DNA of 64,000 bases, taken from Heteronotia binoei (taxonomy: Eukaryota). Under the pieces are notes generated by a model that was given only the letters and a program-made list of their open reading frames with translations, did no database searches and had not been told where the DNA came from. Shown here in pieces: positions 37,060 through 50,099 of this stretch. The stretch's first letter is position 1; every line of letters starts with the position of its first letter. The stretch covers positions 68,138,001 to 68,202,000 of the forward strand of contig NC_083227.1 of assembly GCF_032191835.1 (NCBI RefSeq), read 5' to 3'. A program made the position numbers and the translations under genes.

Positions 37060-38112
37060 CAGGGGTCCCCAACCCCTGGTCCATGGACTAATACCAGTCC
37101 GTGGACTGTTGGCAACCGGGCTGCACAAGAGCTGATCTTCCTCCCCACCCCCTCTGTTTGCAAAGGAAAGTTGTAGCCACCTGAGCGGCGTCAGGGGAGT
37201 GCTACGATGCTTTCATAGCATGCGATGCTTGTGTAGCGTGCTCCTTGCAAGGAGCATGCTACACAAGCTCTGGCCTCAGCTCCTGGCCCCACTCAGGTTT
37301 CCTGCATTGCAGGAAGCTTGAGAGGGGTCAGGGGTACTACAACTCTTGCATAGCGCGCTCCTTGCAAGGAGCATGCTATGCAAGTGCTGGCCCTGGCCCC
37401 GCTCAGTATTCCCAGGTTGCAGGAAGCCTAAGTGGAGTCGGGGAGCGCTACAATGCTTGCGCAATGTGCTCCTTGTGAGGAGCATGCTACGCAAGCACTG
37501 GTCCCAGCTCCTGACTACCCGCATTGCAGAAAGCTTAAGAGTTAAGATCTGTTTTCCTTCTTCTTCCCCCCACCCCATCTCAGTTTGCAAGGGTAAGTTG
37601 GAGCCCAGTGGCCCTTAAGATCTGTTTCCCTTCCCCTCTCATCCACCCCCCCCCCCTCCGTTTGCACTCTCTCTCTTCACCCAGCACGTTTTGCTATATA
37701 GCCTGGGGATTTTGAATTTAAGTCTCCCAAACTGTAGGCTCATACTGACCACTATACCTGACTGTCTTTGTTATTGTACTGCTTCTTAGGAGTTGTAGCT
37801 GTTTTTCTGGGGAAGAATATAGTTTTGCAGACAAACCCTCCAGTTTAGTTTTCTAGACTTCCCCACTCCAGGCAGCACTGGGACATCAGCAACAAAATAT
37901 TAATTGACTGTTAATGTTTTAAGTATGTTTGTATTTGAAGTAAAACAAAAAATGGTGGGTGGGTGTAGGGGGGGGGAGTATTTGTGATTTTCCTAGAAAT
38001 AAAGTGCATAATTGTATCATCCCAAAACCATCACTTCGCCCCTCCCCTGGTCTGTGGAAAAATAATCTTCCACAAAACGGGTCCCTGGTACCAAAAAGGT
38101 TGGGGACCACTG
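37060..38112. mobile_element. MER1-like hAT-Charlie non-autonomous element with internal cargo
   Basis: Left end CAGGGGTCCCCAACCCCTGGTCCATGGAC..GTCCGTGG; right end GGAAAAATAATCTTCCACAAAACGGGTCCCTGGTACCAAAAAGGTTGGGGACCACTG. No clean TSD seen. Confidence 0.75.
37228..37495. repeat. Tandem array (~111-117-bp unit) of 40-bp palindromes
   Basis: Palindromes at 37228-37267 (19/20 arm pairs), 37345-37384 (18/20) and 37456-37495 (more decayed). Confidence 0.9.
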
Positions 38113-39963
38113 CCCTTGAAGTCCCTCCCCTCTCCAACCTTACCCTCCTCTGGTTCCATCCTTAAAATCTCCAGGTATTTCCCAGCCTGGAGCCAGCAAC
38201 TCTATCTGTAACTATACACTTCCACAGTCATGTGGCCTTGAAGGGTGAGACTATTGATCACACAATAGAGAGATTAACTGTGCATTAAATTTAACATGTG
38301 GTTGAGCTGTTAGTGGCTGATGGTTGCTTACCACCTCCAGTCTATGTGTCTATGTGCACACCCAAGCAAGTATGTATGCACTTCTTCAAAGGAAGCTATC
38401 TAGTAGGGTTGTGTGTGGATGACTGTGCTAGATGATTGACAGCCCTGAGATTTGAGCCCTCTGCTTTGAGTCCTTGAGAGTGAACCCCTCAATGACTCGA
38501 GAATGAGCCCTCAAACCTGAAGCAATCCAATTTCTAGTAGTTCATCAGTCTTATTCTAACACACTATAGGTGGTATTGTGGGGGGGGGGGGGACCTTAAA
38601 AGGTATAAGAATTAAATGTTGAAGTAGAATTGCAAGCTCCAGGTTGTGAAATTCCTAGAGATTAGAGGATGGAGCATGGGGAAGGGAAGATTGAAGAGGG
38701 ACCTCCATGGGGTATAATGCCAGAGTTGCCATTTTCTTCAGGGGAGTGGATCTCTGTAGTCTGGAGATCAGTTGTAATTCTGGGAGATATAAGTTGAAAA
38801 TGGATGCTTTGGTGGGTGGACCCTGTGACATTGTGCCCCCTTAGGTCACTGTCCTTCCCAGGCTCCATTCCCAAATCTCCAGGAATTTCCCAACCTTGAT
38901 CTGGCAACCGTACTCCTCCCTGTCCCCCACCAGTGGCCAGGAGGCACCTGGTAACCTCCCCTAGAGCTTTGTAACTCTATCCTGAAGCCACTGAAATCAG
39001 TGACAGTTGTGTCATTAATGGTTTCCATTTTTCACCTCAAGTGGCATAGCATTTGTGGTCCAAACATTTATTACAGTACTTGCAAAACTCTACTGGAACT
39101 TGGGCGCCTCAGAAGATGGTACTTTAGGAAAGCAGTTTGTTTTATTTCCTTCTTGTTTGTTTGCATAGTCTGTTGTATAAGCCTCTTCACTAAATTGTCA
39201 ACAGTCAAGATTTTATGGCAGTAGAGTATTATATTTTCCTGTTTGCTGCTGGCACGAAGTTAAGCAGTTCTCTTTAATAACATACAGATAATGATTTGGG
39301 GTCTTCTAAAAAAAAAACAACCCTTTTCAAAGACATTTAATTTGATAGCAGGCATGACAACCCAAGTGACAAAACTTAAAAGCAGAGGAATGCAGGTTAC
39401 CATGCTCTTTTTATATAGAGGCCTGTGAACTAACTCAAGCGCTTCAAAACTACTAGGAACTGATGGAGCAACAAACAGAGGGGCATGCTTCGAGTAAGGA
39501 TATAAGGAGCTGCCATACAGTGTAAAGCAAACTGTACGTCTATGCCAGTACTATTGACTATGAGTGGCAGCAGCCCTCTTTGGTCAATCCAGGTCTCTGA
39601 TCTGAGGCAAATGGATTCCCCCACCCCCTCAGCAATGTCTGCCTGTGATTTTTTTTAACAGGCAGTGCTAGGACTAGACGGGAACTCTGTTCACTTTGAA
39701 AGCATGCATTTTGCTGCTTAGTGACTGGTACGAAAGTATAACTTTGTTTATACACAGTGGTATAAAAGAAGGATCTTTCATAGAAGCTGATTTGAGGGTA
39801 CTTCTGGATCAAAAGGTAGGGTAGAAATTTTAAAAAGGGAAGTTGTATAACTTCTGTGCCAAATGATTGTCTGAGAGTTTGTTTGCTTCTGTAGCTGAAG
39901 TTGTCTGTGTATCATACAAACCTTTGAACTTCTGTTGCAAATGTATGTTTTGCTAAAATCAAA

Positions 39964-40464
39964 AAGGGCTTTTTTTGAGCCAGAACGCGCTGGAATTCTG
40001 GCTCACTTCCCAGATGGCTGGCAGGGCTCAGGGGGCCAAGCAGCATTTGTTGGGCAGCCTCCCAAGGTCTCATGTGCCGGTGGGACTCTGGGGGCCCAGC
40101 CGTGCCTGCACGGGGGTCTCCCGACATAGTGCACGTCGGCAGAACTCTGGAGGCCCAGCCACGTCTGTGCAGGGGCCTCCCAATGTTGCACGCACCGGCG
40201 GGACTCCGGAGGCCCAGCCGCGCCTTTGCGGGGGGCCTCCCAATGTCGCTCACGCTGGCAGAGTTCCAGAGGCCCAGCCACACCTTTGCCGGGGCCTGCC
40301 AACGTTGCACGCGCTGGCGGGGTTCTTTTGGTGATGTCAGAGGTGTGGCCTACTATGAAATGATGTCAGAGGTATGGCCTAGTATGCAAATGATGGTGAT
40401 GTCAGAGGTGTGGCTTCACATACTAATGAGTTCCTGCTGGGTTTTTTCTACAAAAAAAGCCCTG
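39964..40464. mobile_element. CAGGGCTTTTT-family hAT MITE carrying a ~59-60-bp GC-rich minisatellite
   Basis: TIRs AGGGCTTTTTTT / AAAAAAAGCCCTG; GGCCCAGCC recurs at 40093, 40152, 40211 and 40271; no TSD recognised. Confidence 0.8.
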
Positions 40465-40647
40465 TCAGGAACGATAGTTTTTAAATGAGCTGTGCATGGT
40501 ATGGTTCTCACAGTTATTTTAAAGAATCTGTTCTTTGTGCATTATGGGTTGAATCCTGTGAAAGAAAAGGAAGGAGTTACTGGAGCAGATATAGAGAGGG
40601 CCTCACTTACCTGTGACTTTCCTTTTGTGGTGCTGGGCAATGGGGGA

Positions 40648-41430
40648 GATTTATTTATTTAATTCAATTCCATTTATATCCCGCCCTCCCTGACTAGGCA
40701 GGCTCAGGGTGGCTCACATGCTCAAGACTATACATGAGTATAGACATATAATAAACATAAAAACAATAACAACAATATAAAACATACAAATTGACATTTC
40801 AGGTGCTATGATCTTAGGTTGTCTTGCTATTCCAGCTAGATGTTTTCCGTAAAGCAGATCTTAATGGTCCAGATGTTCTATGTAGAGCAGATTGCAAGAG
40901 GTAGTCCAGATATTTTTTGGATAACTGTAGTAGCCAACGATCTAAATTGTGAATGCCTGGTGGAAGAGTGTCAGGCCCTGCAGAACTGTATGAGTTCTCG
41001 CAGGACCCTGACCTCCTCAGGGAACTCATTACACCAGTGTGGAGCTACTAGAGAAAAGGCCCTACCTCTAGTTGACATGAGCCTGGCCTCTTTAGGGCTG
41101 GGGATTGAAAGCAGGTTTTTTGACCCAGACCAAAATGCTCGCCAGGGAACGTGTAGGGAAAGGCGGTCCCTGGCCATGTAGGACTTTGAAGGTAAGAACC
41201 AGCACCTTGAAACAAACCTGGTATGCAGTAGGCAACCGGTGCCACACTTTCAGCACAGGTTGGATGTGCTTCCATCGGGGAAGACCCGTTAACAAGCTGG
41301 CTGCAGCATTCTGCACTAGTTGGAGCTTCTGGGTTTGAGACAAGGGCAGCCCCATGTAGAGGGCATTGCAGTAATCCAATCTTGAGGTGACCATGGCACG
41401 GATCACTGTCGCTAAGTCATTGCGTTTGAG
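40648..41430 (-). mobile_element. L2 LINE 3' fragment
   Basis: SRLDYCNALYMGLP..KLQLVQNAAA..RGRAFSLVAPHWCNEFPEEVR; (TAAA)n tail at 40648-40662. Confidence 0.9.
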
Positions 41431-43418
41431 GTAGGGGACTGTTTATGTCAGAAATGTAATTCCTTGGGGTTCATAGTGGGAGCAGCTGTTCATTGGTTTC
41501 TCTAAACATCTGGTTAGCCACTGTAGAAAATGGAATACTGAACTAGATGGGGCCAAGGTCTTAGTTTGCCTAGAAAACCAAAAGGCATTGGGCTAGCCCT
41601 GGATGTGTCACCATACCAAGTAAATTTGGACTTGTGGGTCACCATACCAAAAAGAATGGGGAACTGCTGTTTCTTCACTGCAGATCTCTCTCTTTTACAG
41701 ACGTTAGGAAACACAGGGTATCACATGCATATCAAAATAGAGGATTGGTGGAAGTAGCTTGTAATTTGAAATTTGATTTTTCAGAGTTCCTAAATGCAGA
41801 GAGGGCCATAAATATTGAAGGTGTCCCAAATGTATACAGTTTATTGCTATAACCCTGCTTCCCCATATGTTCATTATCACCCTTTACAACCTCTGAGTGT
41901 ACATATACAGACTGCTCTAACTGGTTAGTAGCATGCATTTTGGTCTGAGCAACCTGGAATTGTCAGCTACTTCTGAACAAGAACAAATTTTATCTTCACA
42001 GGTGCTCTTTGAAGTAGGTTTGGCAGTGTCTGTGACTGATCCACGATCATCCAACAAGCTTCCATGGTAGAGTAGAGGTTTGAACCTCGGCTTTGCAGAT
42101 CCTAGTTTGACATTCTAACCACTATACCACACTGGCTCAGTTATGTGATATTTAGGATAAAAATGGAGTCTTCCTAGAGGGTATAAGAATGAGTGTCTTG
42201 TTACCCAAGCTCTTCCTCTCTAGGGTTTTTGTCTCACTTGAATAAACCATGGGAGTTTCAAGCATAGCTGCACTTAGCTGAACATCTGGGGTTTTTAAAA
42301 AGACTTGAACCCATACTGAAGTAATTCCTTTCATGTGGGGCTTAAGATGCAACCATTTCAAGGTGTTAATGGTTGTAGTGAGGGCAAGTCATAAGGCAAG
42401 GTTGACTAGGTATGGAGAAACAGAGGTTCATACTTCTTCCTTTAGTATTTCTCAGTTTTATAATTAAATCAGCCTGAAGATTTTTTTTTCTGAAAAAATG
42501 GCATCAGCCCACTGTACATTAATTTATTAAAACCAATTTAGTAACATAATGCTACTATACATCAGTAGATCTTAAAGTCACTAGACCAGCCATATACGTA
42601 TAGTTATAATATTAAAAATTGTGTACAAAATACAAGATATACCAAATAAAAAGTGAAAATTGGAGCCTAGTTGAAATACAGTTTCTATAACCTAAGTATC
42701 AGTACACAAAATCTTGCTACTTGATACGTGATTTTGGGATTCTTATAAAATAAAAGGCAATCAAGACTGTTATTTGTGTAACCAGTAATCTTATCTAGCA
42801 GTGGAGTAATAATCTCCAAATGAGCATCCTTATAATACAGGCAACTAAAAAAGCTCTATGGACTTGACCTCCCTTAATGGGTTTGTACTGTACATAACCT
42901 TTCTAGGTGGGGTTTTTTCTTATACCTGCCCTCAAGAACTGCAGTAAATCTAATGTTCAACATGGCCCCATCTGTGGATAATTAAATCCACCATGCAGGA
43001 GGTGGGGCAAAGACCTAGGGGTGCTGTCAAAGTGACCATGTGAAGTCACTTGTGGGGAAAACCCAGAGTGGCAGCATTGCATTGACAGGATGTTGTAGGA
43101 TTCACCTGAAACTCTTTGTTTTTACCAGAGAGTTTCTAGTGGATCCTAAAGCACCATGGTCAATGCAATTACATCATTTCTGAGTATGACCAGGCATACA
43201 CTAATGGCACTTTTCAGAGCATTTTACTCCCTGCTGTCTTAGCAAGCGATTGTGGGGGAGGGATCAGTGAACAGGAGACATGGCAGCCCTAGATTAAACA
43301 AGAAAGGTCAATCAAACCAGCACCTCTGCTTTGTGTGGGCTGCTGCTTATTAGTGCTAGAGGGATGACTTTATAGATTAATCCTCAGATATAGCCTTCTA
43401 TGCCATGTCAATATAAAT

Positions 43419-44050
43419 TAGTTAAGTCTCCAGGTAGGGGCAGAAGATCCACCGATTTGACAGGCTCCTGCCCACCACCCATCAGCTGGCCAGCAGGGGG
43501 GAGCCCTGCCCTCAAGAGTGACCATACCTCTACCTCTCCTTCTACAAGATTGAAAGGGATCCTCTACCTGATCTGCAGCAGCACATGCTCCCATGGATCA
43601 GCTAGATGGCCCTTTCAGTCTTGCAGGAGGGAAGGGAGAGGAGTGGCTCTGCCAGTCACATGCCTGAACTCCAAGCAGCAAATTCACAGCTGGAGTTCAG
43701 GCACATGTGGTCCCCATTTCTCGTAAACAGCATTTAAAGGGCCTCTTTAAATGCTATTTGCAAGAAGGGGAGTCATGTCTGAAGTCCAGCAGCAAATTCA
43801 GTGCTTGGAGTTCAGGTGCATGCTGCCCCCCCCCCCCCCCCTGTTTTTTTGTAAACTGTTTGTAAGAAGCCAGGGTTTGGGGGGGACTCCAGCAGCAAAT
43901 TCGCTGTTTGGAGTTTAGGCATGAAGGAAGCACCAGTCCTCAGTTCCATGATGTTACTTCTGTGTGATGTCATCATGTTGGGGATGTCCCGACCCTTCCA
44001 GAAATGCTCCCCAAAGTCCCCTCCTAAGGAAGAAGGACCTGGCAATCCTA
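43419..44050. mobile_element. Long TAGGGTTGCCA-family variant with internal hairpin repeats
   Basis: Right end CCTGGCAATCCTA; left end degenerate; three hairpins share the loop AGCAGCAAATTC. Confidence 0.6.
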
Positions 44051-44248
44051 TCCTTGGGGGTTCATCTGGAGTATCTTTTAGGAAGCATGGGGACTGTGGA
44101 GGGAAGTGGAGACCAGGAATGTTTATTCTGTGAATTCTTTCCGTCCTCAGCTAAAGAGTTCACTGTAAATCAAGCCAGCCCTTGATCACATAGTCTGACC
44201 ATTATAAAGCACATTGAAGTGAGTGCCAGTATAGCATAGTGACTAGAA

Positions 44249-44563
44249 CAGGGGTGGCCAAACTGTGGCTCGGGAGCCACATGTGGGTCTTTCACAGATA
44301 TTGTTTGGCTCTTGAAGCCCCAGCTTGGAACAGGCATTTGTCTCTTTAAATTGCTTCTCCAAGCCAGGTCACCTGGCAGCTTGGAGAATGCATTTATAGT
44401 TAAAGTTGCTTGCTTTCTACTACTTCCCCCCCATTGTATTTGCTTTCTTTCCACCTTTCCTTCCTTGCGGCTCCCAAACATCGGACATTCATGTATTGTG
44501 GCTCTCAAACATCTGACATTTATTCTATGTGACTCTTATGTTAAGCAAGTTTGGCCAGCCCTG
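44249..44563. mobile_element. hAT-Charlie-type MITE
   Basis: TIRs CAGGGGTGGCCAAACT / AGTTTGGCCAGCCCTG; TSD GACTAGAA / GGCTAGAA (CTAG-centred target). Confidence 0.9.
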
Positions 44564-44647
44564 GGCTAGAAGAATGTGAACTATGGAGGCTTGAGCTGAA
44601 ATGCTTACTGTGCTGTTTTGTCTCAGCAGCATCTACCTTAAAGACTT

Positions 44648-44821
44648 GAACCAACTTCACACTGGACCTTTAATCCTGGTTTAGCCCTAACTCCAAGCTG
44701 ACATTCTACACTAAAATCATGGAGTCACAGAGTTGGTTTATCTGATTCTGTTTCTAGTGCAGAATGCAAGTTTGGGGACAGGGCTAAACCAGGATTCAGG
44801 GTCTAGTGCAAAACTGGTCTT
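44648..44821. repeat. Palindromic MITE-like element (~175 bp)
   Basis: Perfect 17-bp IR AATCCTGGTTTAGCCCT (44672-44688) / AGGGCTAAACCAGGATT (44780-44796) within longer imperfect arms. Confidence 0.75.
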
Positions 44822-47604
44822 GTTGTGAAAGCAAAACAGGATTGCGTCTTACATTTCCAGAGTTTGACCTTTCTTGGAAAAAAGATGAAATAGAACTGTT
44901 TAACTTTTTTTTGTCTGGGAAAAATAGTGCCCAAACAAAGGAATCTTAATTGCTATTGCAAAAGAAACAAACTTTTGCTGTCTCTCCAGTTACAGTTAAA
45001 TGATCTTTCTCACAACAACAAACAGGATGCCCTTACCGATAGTTTATAGCACGTTTCAGAAATTAGCAATATTGTTTTGAGAGAACATTGTTTGGATCCT
45101 CCATGCATACCCATCCCCACTGCTGTCAAAAGTATTTCTATTAAAATTTCTATTAAAAAGATCCCATAAAGGCAGCAAGTGTGGGACAGCATGTTATTCC
45201 TTCCTTCCAAGAACGACTGGACAATTGGTATCCTGTAGGTCATACTCAGTCCCAGAAGCAGGTTTTCTGTGCCCCCATAGTAGCTCTGCCAAGTTTTAAT
45301 CAATATATGGTGAAATATTGTGTACCATCTTTGCCTTACATTCTTGTTGTACATTTCAAAGCAGTGCTGGCCAGAATGAAAGAACTATGGCCAGTCTGGT
45401 TCTTGTTCCTGAGACCATCTATAAAGTGATCTAATAATTCAGTGTATATGCTACAGCTGTAGGAGGCCTTTATTAGACTATTTCAGCATCACAGCGTTCT
45501 TCACTCTGCCACTATGAAAGGATTGACTGGAGAATGTGGCCCCCCATCAAATACAGAGTTGGCCAGCCTATTCTGAGAAGCTCTGTGCCTGTGTTGCAAG
45601 CTCATGCATAATTCTGGGATGAAGAAAAGATACTGGCTTTGTGCATACCTGAAATTTGTGGCCTCTGTACAGACCATCGGCATGCTTCTCTGAATCCTCA
45701 GTTGCCAGTGCAAATACTGGAAGCCTGAGCTATGGTTTCAGTGCTAGGTTCTAACTCTCCAGTCTTGGGAATAATTAGGTGACACTGATCCTGAACTAGT
45801 CACGTATGCCTGAAGGTCTTTCTTTTCTGGTAATGAACTCTTGTGCCTCTGCCTTTCTTACTTGCCACATAGGGCTGCCAAACCCTCATGGAGCCAGGGG
45901 ATCCCCAGTCCTGGTTTCTCACTCCCTGGGGATTTTTTTTCCCTGGGAGCATTTCCAATGTGAAAGTGTCACTTCTGGGAAAAGCCTGGAAGTAACAGCA
46001 AGTAGTTTTAGGAATTGCCAGAAACTTAATGGCTTTACTGTTGGGAGCAGCGGCCAATGAGTGCCTGGGGTGGGGCAGGATCCTCCACCCTCATGGGAGG
46101 GGGCTGCTGGCTGCCCTAAGCTATCTCATAGGCTTGCAAGATTTTCGGTCATCCCTTGAATTAGCTTACTAGAAGAAATTCAGAAGGCTTCTCTGTTGGC
46201 TTTTAGAAGGCTGTCTATTGCAGAGGCTTTAGGAATGTGTGGATGTAATTATATAACGTTGCTAGGTTTGAGGGACTGGTTATTTTGTGTAATGACCAGC
46301 TTTTGGACTATTTACTGTTCTCATGCCTAAATGTAAGCTGTCTTGGACCCACTTTTTGAAGGGAAAGGTGTGCTATAAATAAATGGTGAATCATCCCTTT
46401 GGTATAAAGTGATCCATTGCTCTTAGTAGAGACCCAGCTTTAAAACTGTGTAGTTTACATATGATTACAGTTCTGATAACATTGGCACAGTTCTGGGACA
46501 CGATTAGAAAAATATTTATACATTTCTACACAGCAGCATCTGTTAAACATGCATGTTCTTTCCATCCCTGCTGTACAAGCTGCACCCCACATTAGTATGA
46601 CATGGATATTGCCTTGTCACATTTCTTTTATACATGTGCTAGGAGTATAGTCCTCCATGTCTTAAAGGACAAATGTGTTTTCCTGCATGCCAATGTGCTG
46701 GAAAATAGAAATGCACAGTATCTGAAACGTGAGTGTTTTGATAACTAGATTGTCAAACCAGGCTGCAGAGTTCAGTATGCAGAGAGGTTGTTATTCACCA
46801 ATTCTGTTCATTTCCCTTCTTTCCTTGTTATAGGCTTGTAACTTTCTCAAGTGTGCATAGTTCTGCTCTGCACAATTGCACTTTTAAAATCATGTTGAAA
46901 GTAGGTAATCAGACTTCAACACCCAGTAACTTTGTTGAGATTTGCCAAAAGATTTATGTGCTATTGTAAAGAAGCTGCAGTACTATAAGGTCAAAAATAG
47001 CAATGTCTTCCCTGTAGGAAAGTACTTAAATATTGGCAGATTGTGGCAAATATGTGGACATCTGCAAATGAAACTTTTATAAAGGAGGATGGAGGCCCTT
47101 TCTTACATGCCCAGGGAAATGCTGTTCACCGCTTTGGGGTCAGGCAGCAATTGTCCTCCAGGCCAGTTTTGTCAGGGATCTTGGAGGGTCAGGTTTGTTT
47201 GTTTTTTCATTTTCTGGGCATGGAGCAAGGGTTACTGCAGGTGAGGGGAGTTACTTGCAAATTTCCTGTGTAGGGGCTTGGACTAGTTGACTTTGGAGGT
47301 CCCTTCTAACTATGATTATGTGACACTATGAGATGGGTTGGTGGGTGTATATACAGATCTGTGTTTTGTATCAGCCAAGCATAATCAAATATAAAGTTGA
47401 TCTTTTGCTGTCTTGACTTTAGTTCACAGTTATCTGCAGTTGGCTTCAGATTAATGAAAACTAGCTGCTTGATAGCTCTCCAGGGATCTAGCAGCTAGGA
47501 AGTTGAAGATGGACTGACAGACAGACTAACCTTTAGTGGCATATCAAAGATAAAAAATACATTAAAAGATGGACTGGTGGGTCTATGCACATTGTTGCAA
47601 GGCT

Positions 47605-47799
47605 GAACATATGAACATATGAAGCTGCCTTATACTGAATCAGACCTTTGGTCCATCAAAGTCAGTATTGTCTTCTCAGACTGGCAGCGGCTCTCCAGGG
47701 TCTCAAGCTGAGGATTTTCACGCCTACTTGCCTGGACCCTTTTTGGAGATGCCAGGGATTGAACCTGGGACCTTCTGCTTATCAAGCAGATCCTCTACT
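47605..47799 (-). mobile_element. tRNA-derived SINE with a CR1-like tail
   Basis: Reverse strand has B-box GTCCCAGGTTCAATCCC and an (ATATGTTC)n tail; the same tail occurs at 17995-18055. Confidence 0.8.
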
Positions 47800-50099
47800 T
47801 AGGTAAACAGATAATTTAGGCTACTTTAGGTAAACAGATAATTGTTCTACATTTTATGACCAATATATCAAACAGGCAGGCAATTGTTCACACATTGTTA
47901 TAGGTTTCCAAAAGTATTTTTAAAAAACAAACAAATAAATATTAAACTATGTTGTAACCTGATAAGTGGTGGGATAATAGCATGGATATGGGACATCACA
48001 AGCAAAACACTGTAGTTAAGAGGATATACTCTTGAAATGTTAATTTTCACACAAGGAAGCCACAAAGTAGAAAACTGATCAGTGCAGTGTACGAAGTCAT
48101 GGGAGCAATTGCAGATTGTACCAATGGCTTCTTAATGTTTTCAGTTTTAGATGGCACAACAAAGGCAATAGTGGAGGTGTCCTCTTCTCCTTTGTATCCT
48201 TACAAACTATCCTGTGAAGTAGTTTAAGGCTGAGAGTGACTGGCCCAAAGTTGCTCAGCAAGTTTCCATGGGAGTGAGGATTTGAGGATTTGAATCTGGG
48301 TCTCTCAGATCTTAGTCAAGTGCTTTAGCCACTACAATGTGCTGGCTCTTTTGAAAGAGGCCTCTGTTTGCTGATTTGGGAACTCCTCTTTGTTTTGTTT
48401 ACATTTTAGGGTGGTTTTTTTTAGGTGGTTAAAAGAATGCAGTAATTAAAGTTGTATGTGGCTTAGTGGAAAAAAAGATGTATCCATTTGATACATAAAT
48501 AAATAAAAAATCAATTGAAAGTTTGTATTTTCCAGTTGCCACTTGAGGTGCTTGTTTAGTACTGCTGTTAATAAGAGTACGCAATGCAAATTAGGTCTGT
48601 AATACAATGACGGAGGATTGGATTTTCATTATTTGCCATGTATTTAACGTTTAATCACCATAGTGAATAAGGTGATTGTTGTAGGACAGCAGTAAATATG
48701 TTAAGAAAAAATCCAATCAGGTTTTTTCAAACAAAAATTGTCCGTGCCCTCCTGCTTTTATTACGTTACTGTTGAAGAGTCAAGGCCAATGAAGTGTTTA
48801 TATGTGTATTTATCACAAGGTTTATGTTCTTCCAATAGCCTTTGTCATTAATATGTTTAATAAATGCACACTTAGAAACTGCATCGTTAATTTTTATTTT
48901 ACAAGCTTGCATCCATGCTAAGGGATTTCCCTGATACTGTTTGTCACAGTTTGAGGACTTCCAGGCTGGGAAATCCTCTGAAAAGATGTGAAGGGAATGC
49001 CCAAGATTTGCAAGTGACATAGGACCAATTTCAGATGGTAGCTGGAGATCTCCATCTGATCTCCAGGCAACAGATCAGTTGGAGAAAATAGCCACTTTGG
49101 ATGATGGACTCAGTTGTATATACCCTACTGAAGTCCCTTCCCTCCCCAAACCCCACCCTCCCCAGGACCACTCCCTGAATCTCCAAGTATTGCTCCACCC
49201 ATGCTTTGGTACTTCCTGTCTAAATTATTACACTGTACTAGGGATAAGACCCGTTGTGAAGAAAAATATAAGCTCTAGAAAGAGGCTCTGGGTGAGTGCC
49301 CCCCACCCTTGCTGCCTTCCCACCCAAATAAAAGCATTCACTCCCCCCCCCCCATCTCAAGGGAAGCTGATCTCTGCCATCTGGAGAGCAGTTGTAACTC
49401 TGAGTAATCTCCAGCCCTCACTTGGAGATTGGGAACTGTGGTTCTCCAGGAGGAAATGACTGGTTTGGAGGATGGTGTGTATGGCATTGTACCTGTCTGA
49501 CATCCCACCCTCTTCAGGCTCCACCCCTTAAACCTCCAGGAATTTCCTAACCTGGAGTTGGCAACACTATCTCTTTCCCTTTATCTGCCCCTCTGACTTC
49601 AGCTTTCCATTGCCTCCCTTCTCCTTGCAGCCTTTACATAGGAAAAGGACAGCCTTTCACGACAGTGGCGGGGGGACAAAGAAGCTTACATAAATTTCCT
49701 GTTCCCCCTTTGATCTGTATCACAACACTGTGAGGTAGGTGAGGCTGGAAGTGTGTGAGACTGGTTTTTCACAGCAAGAACCTGGGTCTAGCAGACCCTG
49801 CTCTGAAGCCCTAACTCCTTTGCCCTCCTCAAACTTCACCACAGAATCTCCAGGAATTTCTCACCAACTTGGAACTGGCAGCCATAATCAAGACTGGCCC
49901 CAATGAGTCCTCCCTCAGAGGCCTTTAGTGATACCTTTCAAACCAACAGTCTGTCTCTGATAACGTTGACTTCAATCTCTCTCTGTCTCCTGCTTTCCTT
50001 CCCTATCTGTCTCTCTGTATCTGCCCTACTGCAGTGGGACACCATTTTCCCATTGTCATTGGGTGTTTCCTTCCCAGAAGAGGATAGGGAGGAGTCCTC

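Larger units (their letters stand above)
36947..38204. mobile_element. TAGGGTTGCCA-family MITE split by a MER1-like hAT
   Basis: 5' part TAGGATTGCCAACCTCCAGG..ACTCTATGG (36947-37059); 3' part GAAGTCCCTCCCC..CAGCAACTCTA (38113-38204). Confidence 0.75.

Noticed and set aside
37228-37495. CRISPR-like reading of the palindrome array
   Set aside because: The spacers are homologous to each other, there are no cas genes, and the context is a vertebrate hAT element; it is a tandem repeat.
39912-40488. Several overlapping 100-140-aa ORFs
   Set aside because: A by-product of the GC-rich minisatellite, which lacks stop codons.
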